64,000 nt of DNA from a virus (lineage: Duplodnaviria > Caudoviricetes), in IMG/VR virus record IMGVR_UViG_3300031867_000049, positions 274-64,273 of that record; one strand, given 5' to 3'. This document shows, piece by piece, positions 48,097 to 57,400 of this stretch. How positions within the stretch are numbered: the stretch's first letter is position 1; every line of letters begins with the position of its first letter. The position numbers and the translations under genes were made by a program. The notes under the pieces were generated by a model that was not told the DNA's origin, did no database searches, and saw only the letters and a program-made list of their open reading frames with translations.

Positions 48097-48131
48097 TATT
48101 TTTTGTTTTTTAAGTAAAAAGGAGGAAGAAC

Positions 48132-48989
48132 ATGAATTTAGGAATTGTAGGAAATGCACTTAAAAAAGTGACAAGAGTGGTTTCTAAAAACAGCCCTACG
48201 ATCCTGACAGGCCTTGCGGTCGGTGGTGTTGTAGCAACCGGCATAATGGCTGTAAAGGGAGACAGAAAAGCTCAGGATATGAAAGTTGCTCATGAAATGG
48301 ATTCCGAGCTTCTTGTAGAAGGTCAGGCAATATTCGATGAGGATGGTGTAACTGAGCAGAAACCCTGCAGATTCAGAGAAAGAACAACAGCAGAAACAAT
48401 CAAGCTTACCTGGAGATGTTATGTTCCAGCGGGGCTTATGGGAATGGCAACAATCTGTTGCATCGTCGGAGCTAATACGATCAATGTCAAACGGAACGTT
48501 GCTTTAGCTACGGCATATTCTTTATCTGAAGAAGCAGCAAAAGAATTCAAAGATAAAGTGAAAGAAACCGTCGGGGAAAAGAAAGTCCAGAAGATGGAAA
48601 ATGAGATAATGCAGGAAAAAGTAAATAATAATCCTGCACCTGACGATGAAAATATATGCTATACAGGTAAAGGTGACCAGCTTATGTATGATGCATGGTC
48701 AGGAAGATATTTCAAATCCGGTCAGATGGAAGTAGAAAAGGCTGTAAATGTTCTGAATAAGATGATGATTGCGAAAAAGCAGTCCGTATCGATGAATGAA
48801 TATTATGAAATGATCGGCCTGCCGCTTCTGTCAAATGCTGTTGGTGATGAATTTGGATGGAATTTCCACCAGTTTAATGAGGGTGAGGATATTACCGTGG
48901 ACTTCTATCCGGTATTCAGTAATGACCAGACGCCATGCATAGGCGTAAAATTCGAACCGGAGCTTCTCTACACGTATGGAGAGGTGTAA
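48132..48989 (+). CDS. DUF6353-like protein (paralogue 1)
   Basis: KNSPTIL.GLAVGGVVATG...A.K hydrophobic N-terminus; NVLNK...SMNEYY..IG...GW. Confidence 0.7.
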   Translation: MNLGIVGNALKKVTRVVSKNSPTILTGLAVGGVVATGIMAVKGDRKAQDMKVAHEMDSELLVEGQAIFDEDGVTEQKPCRFRERTTAETIKLTWRCYVPAGLMGMATICCIVGANTINVKRNVALATAYSLSEEAAKEFKDKVKETVGEKKVQKMENEIMQEKVNNNPAPDDENICYTGKGDQLMYDAWSGRYFKSGQMEVEKAVNVLNKMMIAKKQSVSMNEYYEMIGLPLLSNAVGDEFGWNFHQFNEGEDITVDFYPVFSNDQTPCIGVKFEPELLYTYGEV

Positions 48990-48991
48990 AG

Positions 48992-49273
48992 ATGCGGGCA
49001 ATGGCTAAAAACAAACTGGAAAGAGCACTCGAGTCGAAAGGCTGGGTGCTCTTAAACGAGTCTGAAAAAGGCTTCGAATATATTAAAAAGTATGGTGAAT
49101 ACGGCGGAGTACAGAGCGTAAGGTATAACCCGGAAAACGGATTTATAAGTTTGGATCCGGGCATACCGTCATATACAGGCACAGGTTACTCAGCCGCGCC
49201 AATAAATGACGAAGACTTAATGCTTTTTTACAAGAGGATAAAAGAATGGAGACGAACTTATGGTGAAATTTAA
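48992..49273 (+). CDS. Hypothetical protein
   Basis: RBS GAGGT; start refined. Confidence 0.6.
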   Translation: MRAMAKNKLERALESKGWVLLNESEKGFEYIKKYGEYGGVQSVRYNPENGFISLDPGIPSYTGTGYSAAPINDEDLMLFYKRIKEWRRTYGEI

Positions 49274-50135
49274 ATTCATTTCCTTCCTTTCTAAGAAAGC
49301 CGTAAAGCACGCCCCTGCAATATGTGTGGGGGTTGGTGCTTTCGGCGTAGCAGTCGGAGCAGGACTCATTGCTAAGGCTACATATGATCACAAGGAAGAG
49401 ATAGAGGAATGCAAAAATAATATTGAGGTAGTAAAAGAATGGGCATCGACTACGGAGAGCTCGGAAAAAGAACAAAAGAAAGAGATTGCGAAATCTTACG
49501 GAAATTTCGCGAAGTCTATGGCGAAGATATACCTGCCTGGCAGTACGTGTATGTGTGCTGGGTTGTGCAGCATTATATTTGGCCACAGGATACTAAGCAA
49601 AAGATATGTTGCCGTGATTGCAGCTTACGAATCCGTAAATAAAAGCTATAAAAACTACCGTACGAACATCCGGGAAAAGTATGGCAAAGAAGAAGATATC
49701 GAAACCGCGTATGATCTGAAGGCTGAAAAGCTGAATGACGAAACTGTTTATGTCCCAAAAGATGATATTTTCATTCCGGACAGAGATCTAAGTGACTTCG
49801 CTGTATTCTTTGGTTCTGGGTATTCAACACTTATTGACAGTGACACAAATCCTGAAAATGACCCGGAAAGAAACAGAGAAATACTACGAGACATCGAGGA
49901 TATGGCTAATGACATATTCAATCAGCAAGGATATCTGTTTCTGAGTGATGTTTATTCTATGCTTGGCATGATTTACAAATACCCGCCGGACGGAATTGGA
50001 TGGGTCAAAGGTCGTGGTGATGATTTTGTAAGTTTTGGAATATTTGACGTACGAAATGCCAATGCAATAAGCGGTGACGAAGACATATTTCTTCTCGACT
50101 TCAATCATGACGGATATATCCTGCCATATATTTGA
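49260..50135 (+). CDS. DUF6353-like protein (paralogue 2)
   Basis: KHAPAICVGVG...; AN.IFNQQGYLFLSDVY..LG...IGW...F.LDFNHDG. Confidence 0.7.
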   Translation: MVKFKFISFLSKKAVKHAPAICVGVGAFGVAVGAGLIAKATYDHKEEIEECKNNIEVVKEWASTTESSEKEQKKEIAKSYGNFAKSMAKIYLPGSTCMCAGLCSIIFGHRILSKRYVAVIAAYESVNKSYKNYRTNIREKYGKEEDIETAYDLKAEKLNDETVYVPKDDIFIPDRDLSDFAVFFGSGYSTLIDSDTNPENDPERNREILRDIEDMANDIFNQQGYLFLSDVYSMLGMIYKYPPDGIGWVKGRGDDFVSFGIFDVRNANAISGDEDIFLLDFNHDGYILPYI

Positions 50136-50158
50136 ATGGCAGGGTTAAATGCTCCTAA

Positions 50159-50186
50159 TTCGCACGAAATACAGCCTCTATAGTAG
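50159..50186 (+). promoter_or_regulatory. Phage promoter motif copy 18
   Basis: TTCGCA-cgaaat-ACA-gcctcta-TAGT|AG. Confidence 0.8.
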
Positions 50187-50199
50187 GAGGTACACTATT

Positions 50200-50358
50200 A
50201 TGTTTAAGAAAATATTAACAGTATTAGGAGCAATAGCTTTGGCAGGAGCCGTAGCAGCACTTATAGCAGTGCTTCTACCGGTGATATCGGTGCTTATTGT
50301 TCCGGTGATCTTAATAGGAATCGGAATATTAATAGGTAAATTCTTGTTGAAAAAGTAA
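50200..50358 (+). CDS. 52-aa two-TM membrane protein
   Basis: RBS at motif +1; almost entirely hydrophobic. Confidence 0.7.
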   Translation: MFKKILTVLGAIALAGAVAALIAVLLPVISVLIVPVILIGIGILIGKFLLKK

Positions 50359-50370
50359 AGGAGGAATGAA

Positions 50371-50460
50371 ATGCTAACAGTATTTTGTGGAGGCGGCTTT
50401 ATCGCCGTTGGAGTTGCATTGATTGTAAGAGAAATCATGCGCAAAGACGACGATAAGTAA
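50371..50460 (+). CDS. 29-aa membrane microprotein
   Basis: Hand-translated MLTVFCGGGFIAVGVALIVREIMRKDDDK; RBS AAGGAGG. Confidence 0.55.
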   Translation: MLTVFCGGGFIAVGVALIVREIMRKDDDK

Positions 50461-50466
50461 CTTGAC

Positions 50467-50507
50467 AAAAGGCGAAGGGGTTTCAGCTCCTTTGCTTTTT
50501 ATTTTTT
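50467..50507 (+). terminator. Cassette terminator
   Basis: AAAAGGCGAAGGGG...CTCCTTTGCTTTTT + T-tract. Confidence 0.65.
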
Positions 50508-50533
50508 CGCAGTTTTTACAACCCATATTATAG
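50506..50533 (+). promoter_or_regulatory. Phage promoter motif copy 19
   Basis: TTCGCA-gttttt-ACA-acccata-TTAT|AG. Confidence 0.8.
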
Positions 50534-50574
50534 GATTAAATCTCAACCATATAATTTAAAAGGAGGAAAATGAG

Positions 50575-50892
50575 ATGGCAGATGAAATCAGAACAGAAGA
50601 TATTGTTGTAACTGAACTTGAGGCAACTGACGACGTGAAGGAAGGTCTTGAGCTTAAGGATTACGCAATTCTTGGCGGAATTATGGCCGCGGGAGCTGTA
50701 ATTTACGAAGGAGGTAAGAAGGTTTACAAACTTGGTAAAGAGAAGGGACTCCCATGGGTCAAGGAACACAACCCGTTCAAGAAGAAGGAATCCAAAGCTG
50801 AAGAAACTCCGGAGCATGAGGCTGAATCTAAGAAGGATACAGGCAAATCCAAAGGGAAGAAATCGGAAACCAAGGAGTCTACCGAAAAGTAG
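50575..50892 (+). CDS. Membrane-anchored protein with charged tail
   Basis: YAILGGIMAAGAVIY; RBS AAGGAGG. Confidence 0.75.
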   Translation: MADEIRTEDIVVTELEATDDVKEGLELKDYAILGGIMAAGAVIYEGGKKVYKLGKEKGLPWVKEHNPFKKKESKAEETPEHEAESKKDTGKSKGKKSETKESTEK

Positions 50893-50916
50893 ATTAATGG
50901 GAAGATGAAACTGAAA

Positions 50917-50950
50917 TGAGGGATCATGGAAACATGGTCCTTTATTTTTT
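50917..50950 (+). terminator. GAAA-tetraloop terminator with no promoter after it
   Basis: AGGGATCATG-gaaa-CATGGTCCTT + T-tract. Confidence 0.8.
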
Positions 50951-50973
50951 GTCTTGAGTTGAAAGGAGCAACA

Positions 50974-51183
50974 ATGACGGATGTATTTAATATATTTAAG
51001 CTCGGAAAAGTGGCAATGATAGGGCTTAAAAAAGGTGAAAAATTCATTCCGCTGGCAAAATCGCTTGGAAAACCTATGGGCGTTTTATTTGCAAGTGGAG
51101 TAATTGATAGTGCAATGGATGATGTTGTAAGTTATTACACTAAAAAATTAGAGGAGAATAACGATGGCGGAAGTGAATCCTGA
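50974..51183 (+). CDS. Hypothetical protein
   Basis: RBS AAAGGAG; start refined. Confidence 0.65.
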   Translation: MTDVFNIFKLGKVAMIGLKKGEKFIPLAKSLGKPMGVLFASGVIDSAMDDVVSYYTKKLEENNDGGSES

Positions 51184-51775
51184 AAAATATAAATCAAACT
51201 CTTATCGGTCTAAGGCAGAGGCTGAAGAGAAGAAAGCTAATGAAAAAGTAATAAAAGGCTCGGCAAAAATCCATCAGAAAACCACAGGAGAGAAGCTTAA
51301 AGAAACATTATTCGGAGAAGGCGTAGATAATGTTGGCGATTATGTCATATTTGATGTAATCATTCCTACCTTAAAAGAAATGGTAGTCAATTCTGTCAGC
51401 GATGGAATAAATATGCTTCTCTTTGGTGAAACAAAACGCGGAAGAAGCAGTAACAGAAATAATAGAAGCGGATATGTTCAGTACGAATCATATTCCAGAA
51501 ATAGAGATCGTGATTCCGGCAGAAGAGCGCAGTTCGATTTTTCAGATATTGAATTTGAGACTCGTGCCGATGCTATAGATGTTCTGGATGCAATTGAGGA
51601 TACGATATCCATGTATGATGTCGCGTCTGTATCAGATTTATATGAATTTGCCGGTATAACGCCTCGCCCTACGGATAATAATTACGGCTGGACGAGCGTA
51701 AATACTGCTGAGATCCTGATGAAGAGGAATGGCAGTTATATTCTGTCAATGCCGAGACCGAAGCCACTTAGATAA
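51164..51775 (+). CDS. Conserved phage protein (C-terminus resembles DUF6353-like C-domain)
   Basis: VLD.I...I..Y..ASVSDLYEFAGI....DNNYGW. Confidence 0.7.
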   Translation: MAEVNPEKYKSNSYRSKAEAEEKKANEKVIKGSAKIHQKTTGEKLKETLFGEGVDNVGDYVIFDVIIPTLKEMVVNSVSDGINMLLFGETKRGRSSNRNNRSGYVQYESYSRNRDRDSGRRAQFDFSDIEFETRADAIDVLDAIEDTISMYDVASVSDLYEFAGITPRPTDNNYGWTSVNTAEILMKRNGSYILSMPRPKPLR

Positions 51776-51776
51776 T

Positions 51777-51947
51777 ATGACAAGAAAAGAATATTGTATC
51801 TCCAAAGGCTTAATGTTCGAAGGGTTGGTCGAACCGGATAAGGAGGCTGACCCTTCTTTCATTAAGCATTTAGAGGCTATTGAAAAAGCTATGGACGAAT
51901 TTGAGTATCACTATCTGGAAGGAGATAGGGATAAGTATTTAAGTTAG
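51777..51947 (+). CDS. Hypothetical protein
   Basis: Start refined; tiles. Confidence 0.5.
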   Translation: MTRKEYCISKGLMFEGLVEPDKEADPSFIKHLEAIEKAMDEFEYHYLEGDRDKYLS

Positions 51948-51955
51948 GAGAAATT

Positions 51956-52240
51956 ATGAGGTACAGAAGAAAGCCCAAATATGTCGATGCCATAAAATGG
52001 ACCGGCGAAAACTATTCGGAAATAAAGGAATTCGCAGAGGATAATATCCATTCATACGGCGGCTGCTTATTTCTTCACACAAGTGGAATAAGAGGAAGTA
52101 TTGACAGTGCTGTTGTGAATCAGGGTGACTATATCGTAAAAGGAGAAAATGGTCACTTTTATTCGCTGGATGATAAGGCTTTTAACACAAGTTATGAGCC
52201 GGATGAGAAAAAGAAGGCAAAGCAAAATAAGGAGGTTTAA
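51956..52240 (+). CDS. Conserved phage protein
   Basis: YRRKP..VDAIKWTG...GDYIVKGENGHFY....F..SY. Confidence 0.75.
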   Translation: MRYRRKPKYVDAIKWTGENYSEIKEFAEDNIHSYGGCLFLHTSGIRGSIDSAVVNQGDYIVKGENGHFYSLDDKAFNTSYEPDEKKKAKQNKEV

Positions 52241-52242
52241 GC

Positions 52243-53079
52243 ATGGTTTTTGAGACTGTGGGTAAAATTGGTCTGATGGTAGGAAAAAGTCTCTCTAAGG
52301 GCAAATTTTGGGCTTGTAAGCATGCTCCAGAGCTACTACAGATAGCAGGCACGGCTGGAGTGATTGGAACAGCTGCTTTGGCATGCAAAGGAACCAAGGA
52401 AATAATGGAAAAAGAAGAGCCTGAAGTAAAGGATTATGCTAAGGCGTATGCGCCTACGGCTATTTGCGGTATCGGCACTGTTGGATGCTTTACGGGCGGA
52501 CATTATATTCTGAAGAAGAGAAATATTGCTCTCGCATGTGCATATAAAATGATCGATGACAGCTACAAAAATTACAGGAGTAATGTCATCGAGAAATACG
52601 GCGAGGAAGAAGACTTCAGACTTAAAAATAATGTGCATACAGAGAAAATCGCTGTTACTGAAGTCGGTGAAGATGGTAAAAAGCATAAGAAAAAGGTCGA
52701 TGTAGATATCCTTGATGATGATCCTGATGCATACACATTTATATATGATGATAAGCACTCGATGAAAAGCGTCATTGATTCCGTCACAGCAAGAAATGAC
52801 CTTGTGATAGCTGAAAATAATGCCAATAGAATTCTTCTTGGAAGAGGATATATTACTCTTAATGAGGTTCTAAGAGGTCTTGGCCTTCATGAAACATCGG
52901 TAGGTCAGATCGTAGGCTGGCAGACAAAAGGAAATGGTGACGGATATGTTAAATTAAATGTTAAGCAAATAAGAACTGCTATGGATCCTGAAGGTGTAGC
53001 ATTTGCTGTTGAATTTAATGTCGATGGGCCTATTTATCAGGATATCGATAAATACACAAGAATGTGGGGTGAGCAGTAG
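52243..53079 (+). CDS. DUF6353-like protein (paralogue 3)
   Basis: KHAPELL.IAG..GVIG.A..A.KGT; AN.IL..RGYITLNEV...LG....GW...EFNVDG. Confidence 0.75.
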   Translation: MVFETVGKIGLMVGKSLSKGKFWACKHAPELLQIAGTAGVIGTAALACKGTKEIMEKEEPEVKDYAKAYAPTAICGIGTVGCFTGGHYILKKRNIALACAYKMIDDSYKNYRSNVIEKYGEEEDFRLKNNVHTEKIAVTEVGEDGKKHKKKVDVDILDDDPDAYTFIYDDKHSMKSVIDSVTARNDLVIAENNANRILLGRGYITLNEVLRGLGLHETSVGQIVGWQTKGNGDGYVKLNVKQIRTAMDPEGVAFAVEFNVDGPIYQDIDKYTRMWGEQ

Positions 53080-53681
53080 TGAAATTCTTGAAAGGGGCAA
53101 TTATCTTTGCTTGTGGAGCCGGGATTGGATTTGCAGGCGGAATGGCGTTTGCTAAAAACAAATATGAAGACAAATTCAATTCCGAAATGTCAGATATGAG
53201 GCAGCATTATCAGGAGAAATTAAATAATCTCGAAGAAAAGATAGATATTGCCAAATCGAAAAAGGCCGCAGCAGAGATAATCACGCAGGAGAAATATGTT
53301 AGCTATGACCGTATGAATGAAACGGAGGTCAGAGATAGAGTGAAAACGATAATGGAGAAAGCTGTGAATGGCGATAAGCCTCCTGAAGATTATCCGGACG
53401 AGCCGTTTATTATAACGGAGGAGGATTTCTCAGAGAGGGAGTTATATTTCGAGAAAATCGAATGTGATTATTATCTCGGAGATGGAGCTCTCGTCGATGA
53501 GGCAGATGAACTTCTGAACATCGACGATACTATAGGATATGACAATCTTGAGAGCTTTATAAATAGTGATGAGAGTGTAATATACATAAGAAATGCACAT
53601 CTCTCTACAGATTATTTGGTTACTAAAATGGGCGGTAACTACAGTGAAATAATTGGAGTAGGAGGTGATGACGAAGAGTAG
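53079..53681 (+). CDS. Membrane-anchored acidic protein
   Basis: IIFACGAGIGFAGGMAFA; PFIITEEDF. Confidence 0.75.
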   Translation: MKFLKGAIIFACGAGIGFAGGMAFAKNKYEDKFNSEMSDMRQHYQEKLNNLEEKIDIAKSKKAAAEIITQEKYVSYDRMNETEVRDRVKTIMEKAVNGDKPPEDYPDEPFIITEEDFSERELYFEKIECDYYLGDGALVDEADELLNIDDTIGYDNLESFINSDESVIYIRNAHLSTDYLVTKMGGNYSEIIGVGGDDEE

Positions 53682-53691
53682 GAGGTAAGAA

Positions 53692-54189
53692 ATGAGTAAC
53701 TATATAGTGGACACTGAATATTATCAGTGGCTGCTTGATCAGATAGATTATTACGAAGGTGACGGATTTGATGAAGCACTGGAAATAATGTTCGAAACAC
53801 CGTTCGAGTGGGATATTCCGAATGATGATAACCGTGCGGAAGATGGGATAGGGCTTAGAGCAATATTTATGGATGAGGAAAATTGGCATACAGAACCTCT
53901 GTTTGAGAAGGAATGCAACACCCTCGAAATGTTTGTTGCTCTGGCTATGCGTATCGAAAATGACATCATGTGGGATGGAGAAACCGACCGGACGAGTGAG
54001 TGGTTTTGGATGATGATCCGTAATATGGGCATAAAAAGAGGTGATTTACCTGGATATGTTTACGGTAAATTAGAGGATTTTATGCATCATAGGGGTGTTA
54101 CGCCGTTTCCGCTTCGTGAAAAGAGCAAAAAACCATGCGAAATATGGTTTCAGGCGCAGCAATATTTGATGGAAAAGTATGACTTCTAA
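53692..54189 (+). CDS. Conserved phage hypothetical protein
   Basis: DDNRAEDG..LR...LEM.VALA.RI motif; RBS AGGAGGT. Confidence 0.75.
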   Translation: MSNYIVDTEYYQWLLDQIDYYEGDGFDEALEIMFETPFEWDIPNDDNRAEDGIGLRAIFMDEENWHTEPLFEKECNTLEMFVALAMRIENDIMWDGETDRTSEWFWMMIRNMGIKRGDLPGYVYGKLEDFMHHRGVTPFPLREKSKKPCEIWFQAQQYLMEKYDF

Positions 54190-54228
54190 AAGGACGATTT
54201 TTGGTGATTTTTTTCCAAAAAGTGGTCT

Positions 54229-54396
54229 TGGACCAGTTTTGGACCAGTTTTGGACCAGTTTTTAGAGGCCTCAACCCCAGTAATTGCAAGGGTTTGACCA
54301 GTTTACCAGTTTTTTTCGCTCTGTTAATAGAAAAAGTGTAAAAAAAGTCATAAATAATAATATAAAGTAAGAAAAATTTCTGGTTTTCTGGTCCAA
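54229..54396. repeat. Candidate replication origin: 3 x TGGACCAGTTT iterons, partial copies, AT-rich stretch, inverted copies
   Basis: 54229-54261 tandem 11-mers; ACCAGTTT copies at 54295-54312; inverted TGGACCAGAAAACCAGAA at 54379-54396; directly upstream of replicase gene. Confidence 0.65.
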
Positions 54397-54424
54397 CGAT
54401 AGGAAAGGGGGAATTTAATGAAAA

Positions 54425-57400
54425 ATGTATGATTTCTTTAAAATTTGCACTAAAGAAGTCGAAAAAAGAGGCAGATTGGAGTCCGTGACAATATATCCTA
54501 AGTTCATTATTAATGGCCGCTCTAAAGATCTTATGATACGGGGCGGCGATTTTTATGCAGTTTGGGATGTTGATGCAGGGCTTTGGTCTACCGAGGAAGA
54601 TACAGTTAGTGAGATAATAGACCGCGAAATAAGAAAAACGGTCGAGGAGCTAAAGAATAAATACCCGGAGACGGTGAAAATAGTACCACAATATATGTGG
54701 GACTCGGATTCCGGCAGTATTGACAAATGGCATAAATATGTTCAGAAGCAATTACGTGATAGATATGTCCAGCTGGATAATAAAGTTATCTTTCAGAATA
54801 CTGATGTCAAAAAAGAAGACTACGCCAGTAAGAAATTAGGATACTCGATAGTTGAATCTGAGATACCTGCTTACGACGAACTTATGTCGACATTATATTC
54901 CGATGATGAAAGAGCTAAATTAGAATGGGCTATTGGGTCAATAATAAATGGTGACTCGAAACATATTCAGAAGTTTATAGTTTTGTATGGTTCAGCAGGA
55001 ACAGGAAAGTCGACAGTACTGAATATTATTCAGGAACTATTTGATGGATATTGTGCTACGTTTAATGCTAAGTCTTTAGCTTCTTCAAATAATGATTTTG
55101 CGCTTGAAGATTTTAAGTCCAATCCTCTAATTGCTATTCAGCATGATGGTGATTTAAGCAGAATCGCTGATAATACAAAATTAAACAGCATTGTATCTCA
55201 TGAAACTATGGTGGTGAATGAGAAATTCAAAAGCAAATACAGTGCTAAGTTTGATTCGTTCATATTTATGGGCACAAATAAGCCGGTTAAAATAACGGAA
55301 GCAAGATCCGGACTTTTAAGAAGGCTTATCGATGTAAGACCCACCGGTGAGAAATTGTCATTTACAAAATACAATAGGCTTACAAAAGCTATTAAATATG
55401 AGCTTGGTGGAATCGCATATCATTGCCTGAAAGTTTATGAGGATATGGGTGAGGATTATTACAACAGCTATATTCCAAAAGATATGATGTCAGTAACAAA
55501 TGATTTCTACGACTTTATCGATGAATATCTTGATCAGTTTATGGTGAAAGATCCAATGCTTTTAACCTGGGCATGGACAAAGTATAAGGAATATTGTGAA
55601 TCAGCGAACATATCTTATCCAATGCCAAGAAAGAATTTTAAAGAGGAGCTTAAGAACTACTATAAAAGGTATGATGACCGAACAAGAATTGATGGAGAGT
55701 ATAACCGGAATGTATATTCGGACTTTAAGTACAATATGTTTATCGGTGGTACTGAGAAAAAACAAGAAGTAGATAGCGAGTTTGAATTAAAAGAACAGCC
55801 ATCTATTTTTGATTCTTATTGTTCCGGTTGTCCTGCACAGTATGCTTCTAAAAGAGAAACACCACTTAAGAAATGGGACGATGTTACTACCAAGCTTGAG
55901 GATATTGATACTTCGCAGCTTCATTATGTGAAACTACCAGAGAATCATATTGTTATTGATTTTGATCTAAAAGATGATAATGGCGAGAAATGCTTTGAAA
56001 AGAATTTAAAGGCTATTTCAAACTGGCCGGCAACATATGCTGAAGTAAGTAAAGGTGGAGCCGGAATTCATTTGCATTACATCTATGATGGTGATACATC
56101 GAAGCTTAGCAGCATATTTGCACCTAATATCGAGGTGAAAACATTTCTTGGGAAGTCATCATTAAGAAGAAAGCTGACAAAATGCAATAATCTTCCGATA
56201 GCGCATATTAATTCGAATCTTCCACTAAAGGAGGAGAAAGTGGTTAATTATGACATAGTGAAAGACGAGAAGCATCTTCGGAATATTATTAAGAAATGCC
56301 TTAAAAAAGAGAATCATGGCGCCACTGCACCGGAAATCGATCTTATTAAGAAAGTTCTTGACGATGCGTATAATTCCGGAATGGAATATGACGTGTCTGA
56401 TATGAAGCAAAACGTTATGGCTTTTGCTATTAAAAGCACCCATCAGGCACAGAAATGTATGAAACAAGTCCGGAATATGCATTTTATGTCTGAAGATAAA
56501 GAGGTCGAGGCAACGAGTTTATCAGATAATCAATATAAATCTGACAAGCTCGTCTTTTTTGATGTGGAAGTATTTCCTAATTTCTTCGGAGTATGCTGGA
56601 AATTCGAGGATGATGAGCATGTGACTAAGATGTTTAATCCTACACCTGAAGAGATACGAGATATTCTGGATTACAAATTAGTAGGCTTTAATAACCGAAG
56701 ATATGATAACCATATTCTTTATGCAAGGCTGCAAGGATTTAGCAATGCAGAATTATTTAATTTGTCGCAGAGGATTGTCGATAAAGGTGACAAAAATGCA
56801 TTTTTTAGAGAAGCATACAACTTGTCATATACTGACATCTATGATTTCGCTGCTACAAAGCAGAGCCTAAAGAAGTGGGAAATAGAACTTGGCATACACC
56901 ATCAGGAATTAGGAATGAAATGGGATGAGCCAGTTCCTGAAGAAATGTGGGATCTTGTCATGGATTATTGTGCAAACGATGTAATTGCAACAGAAGCTGT
57001 ATTTAAGCATTTAAGTGCTGACTTCGAAGCCAGGGAAATATTATGTGCAATAACAGGTAGTTCGCTGAATACAACTACAAATCAGAATACAACAAAATTG
57101 ATTGTTGGAAATGATAAAAATCCACAAAGTTCATTTGTTTATACTGATTTAAGTGAAATATTTCCTGGATATACGTTTGAAAATGGCAAATCCATATATA
57201 AAGGTGAAGAAGTTGGGGAAGGAGGATATGTTTATTCAGAACCAGGAATGTATACAAATATTGCCTTACTGGATATTGCAAGTATGCATCCTAATAGTGC
57301 AATTAACCTTAACATATTTGGCCCATATACCAAGAATTTCCAAGAGCTTGTTAATGCTCGTCTTTACATTAAACACGGTGACTACGATTCTGCTGGCAAG

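Noticed and set aside
50462-50490. TTGACA as a host -35 element
   Set aside because: No -10 at 16-18 nt; it lies at the edge of a terminator stem
35564-50533. Reading the repeated motif as a sigmaA promoter (TTCGCA as -35, TATAAT as -10)
   Set aside because: Spacer is fixed at 14 nt, several copies lack TAnnnT, the central ACA is conserved, and +1 would fall inside or after the RBS
54315-54330. TTCGCT...TAATAG in the origin region as a promoter copy
   Set aside because: No ACA box and wrong spacing
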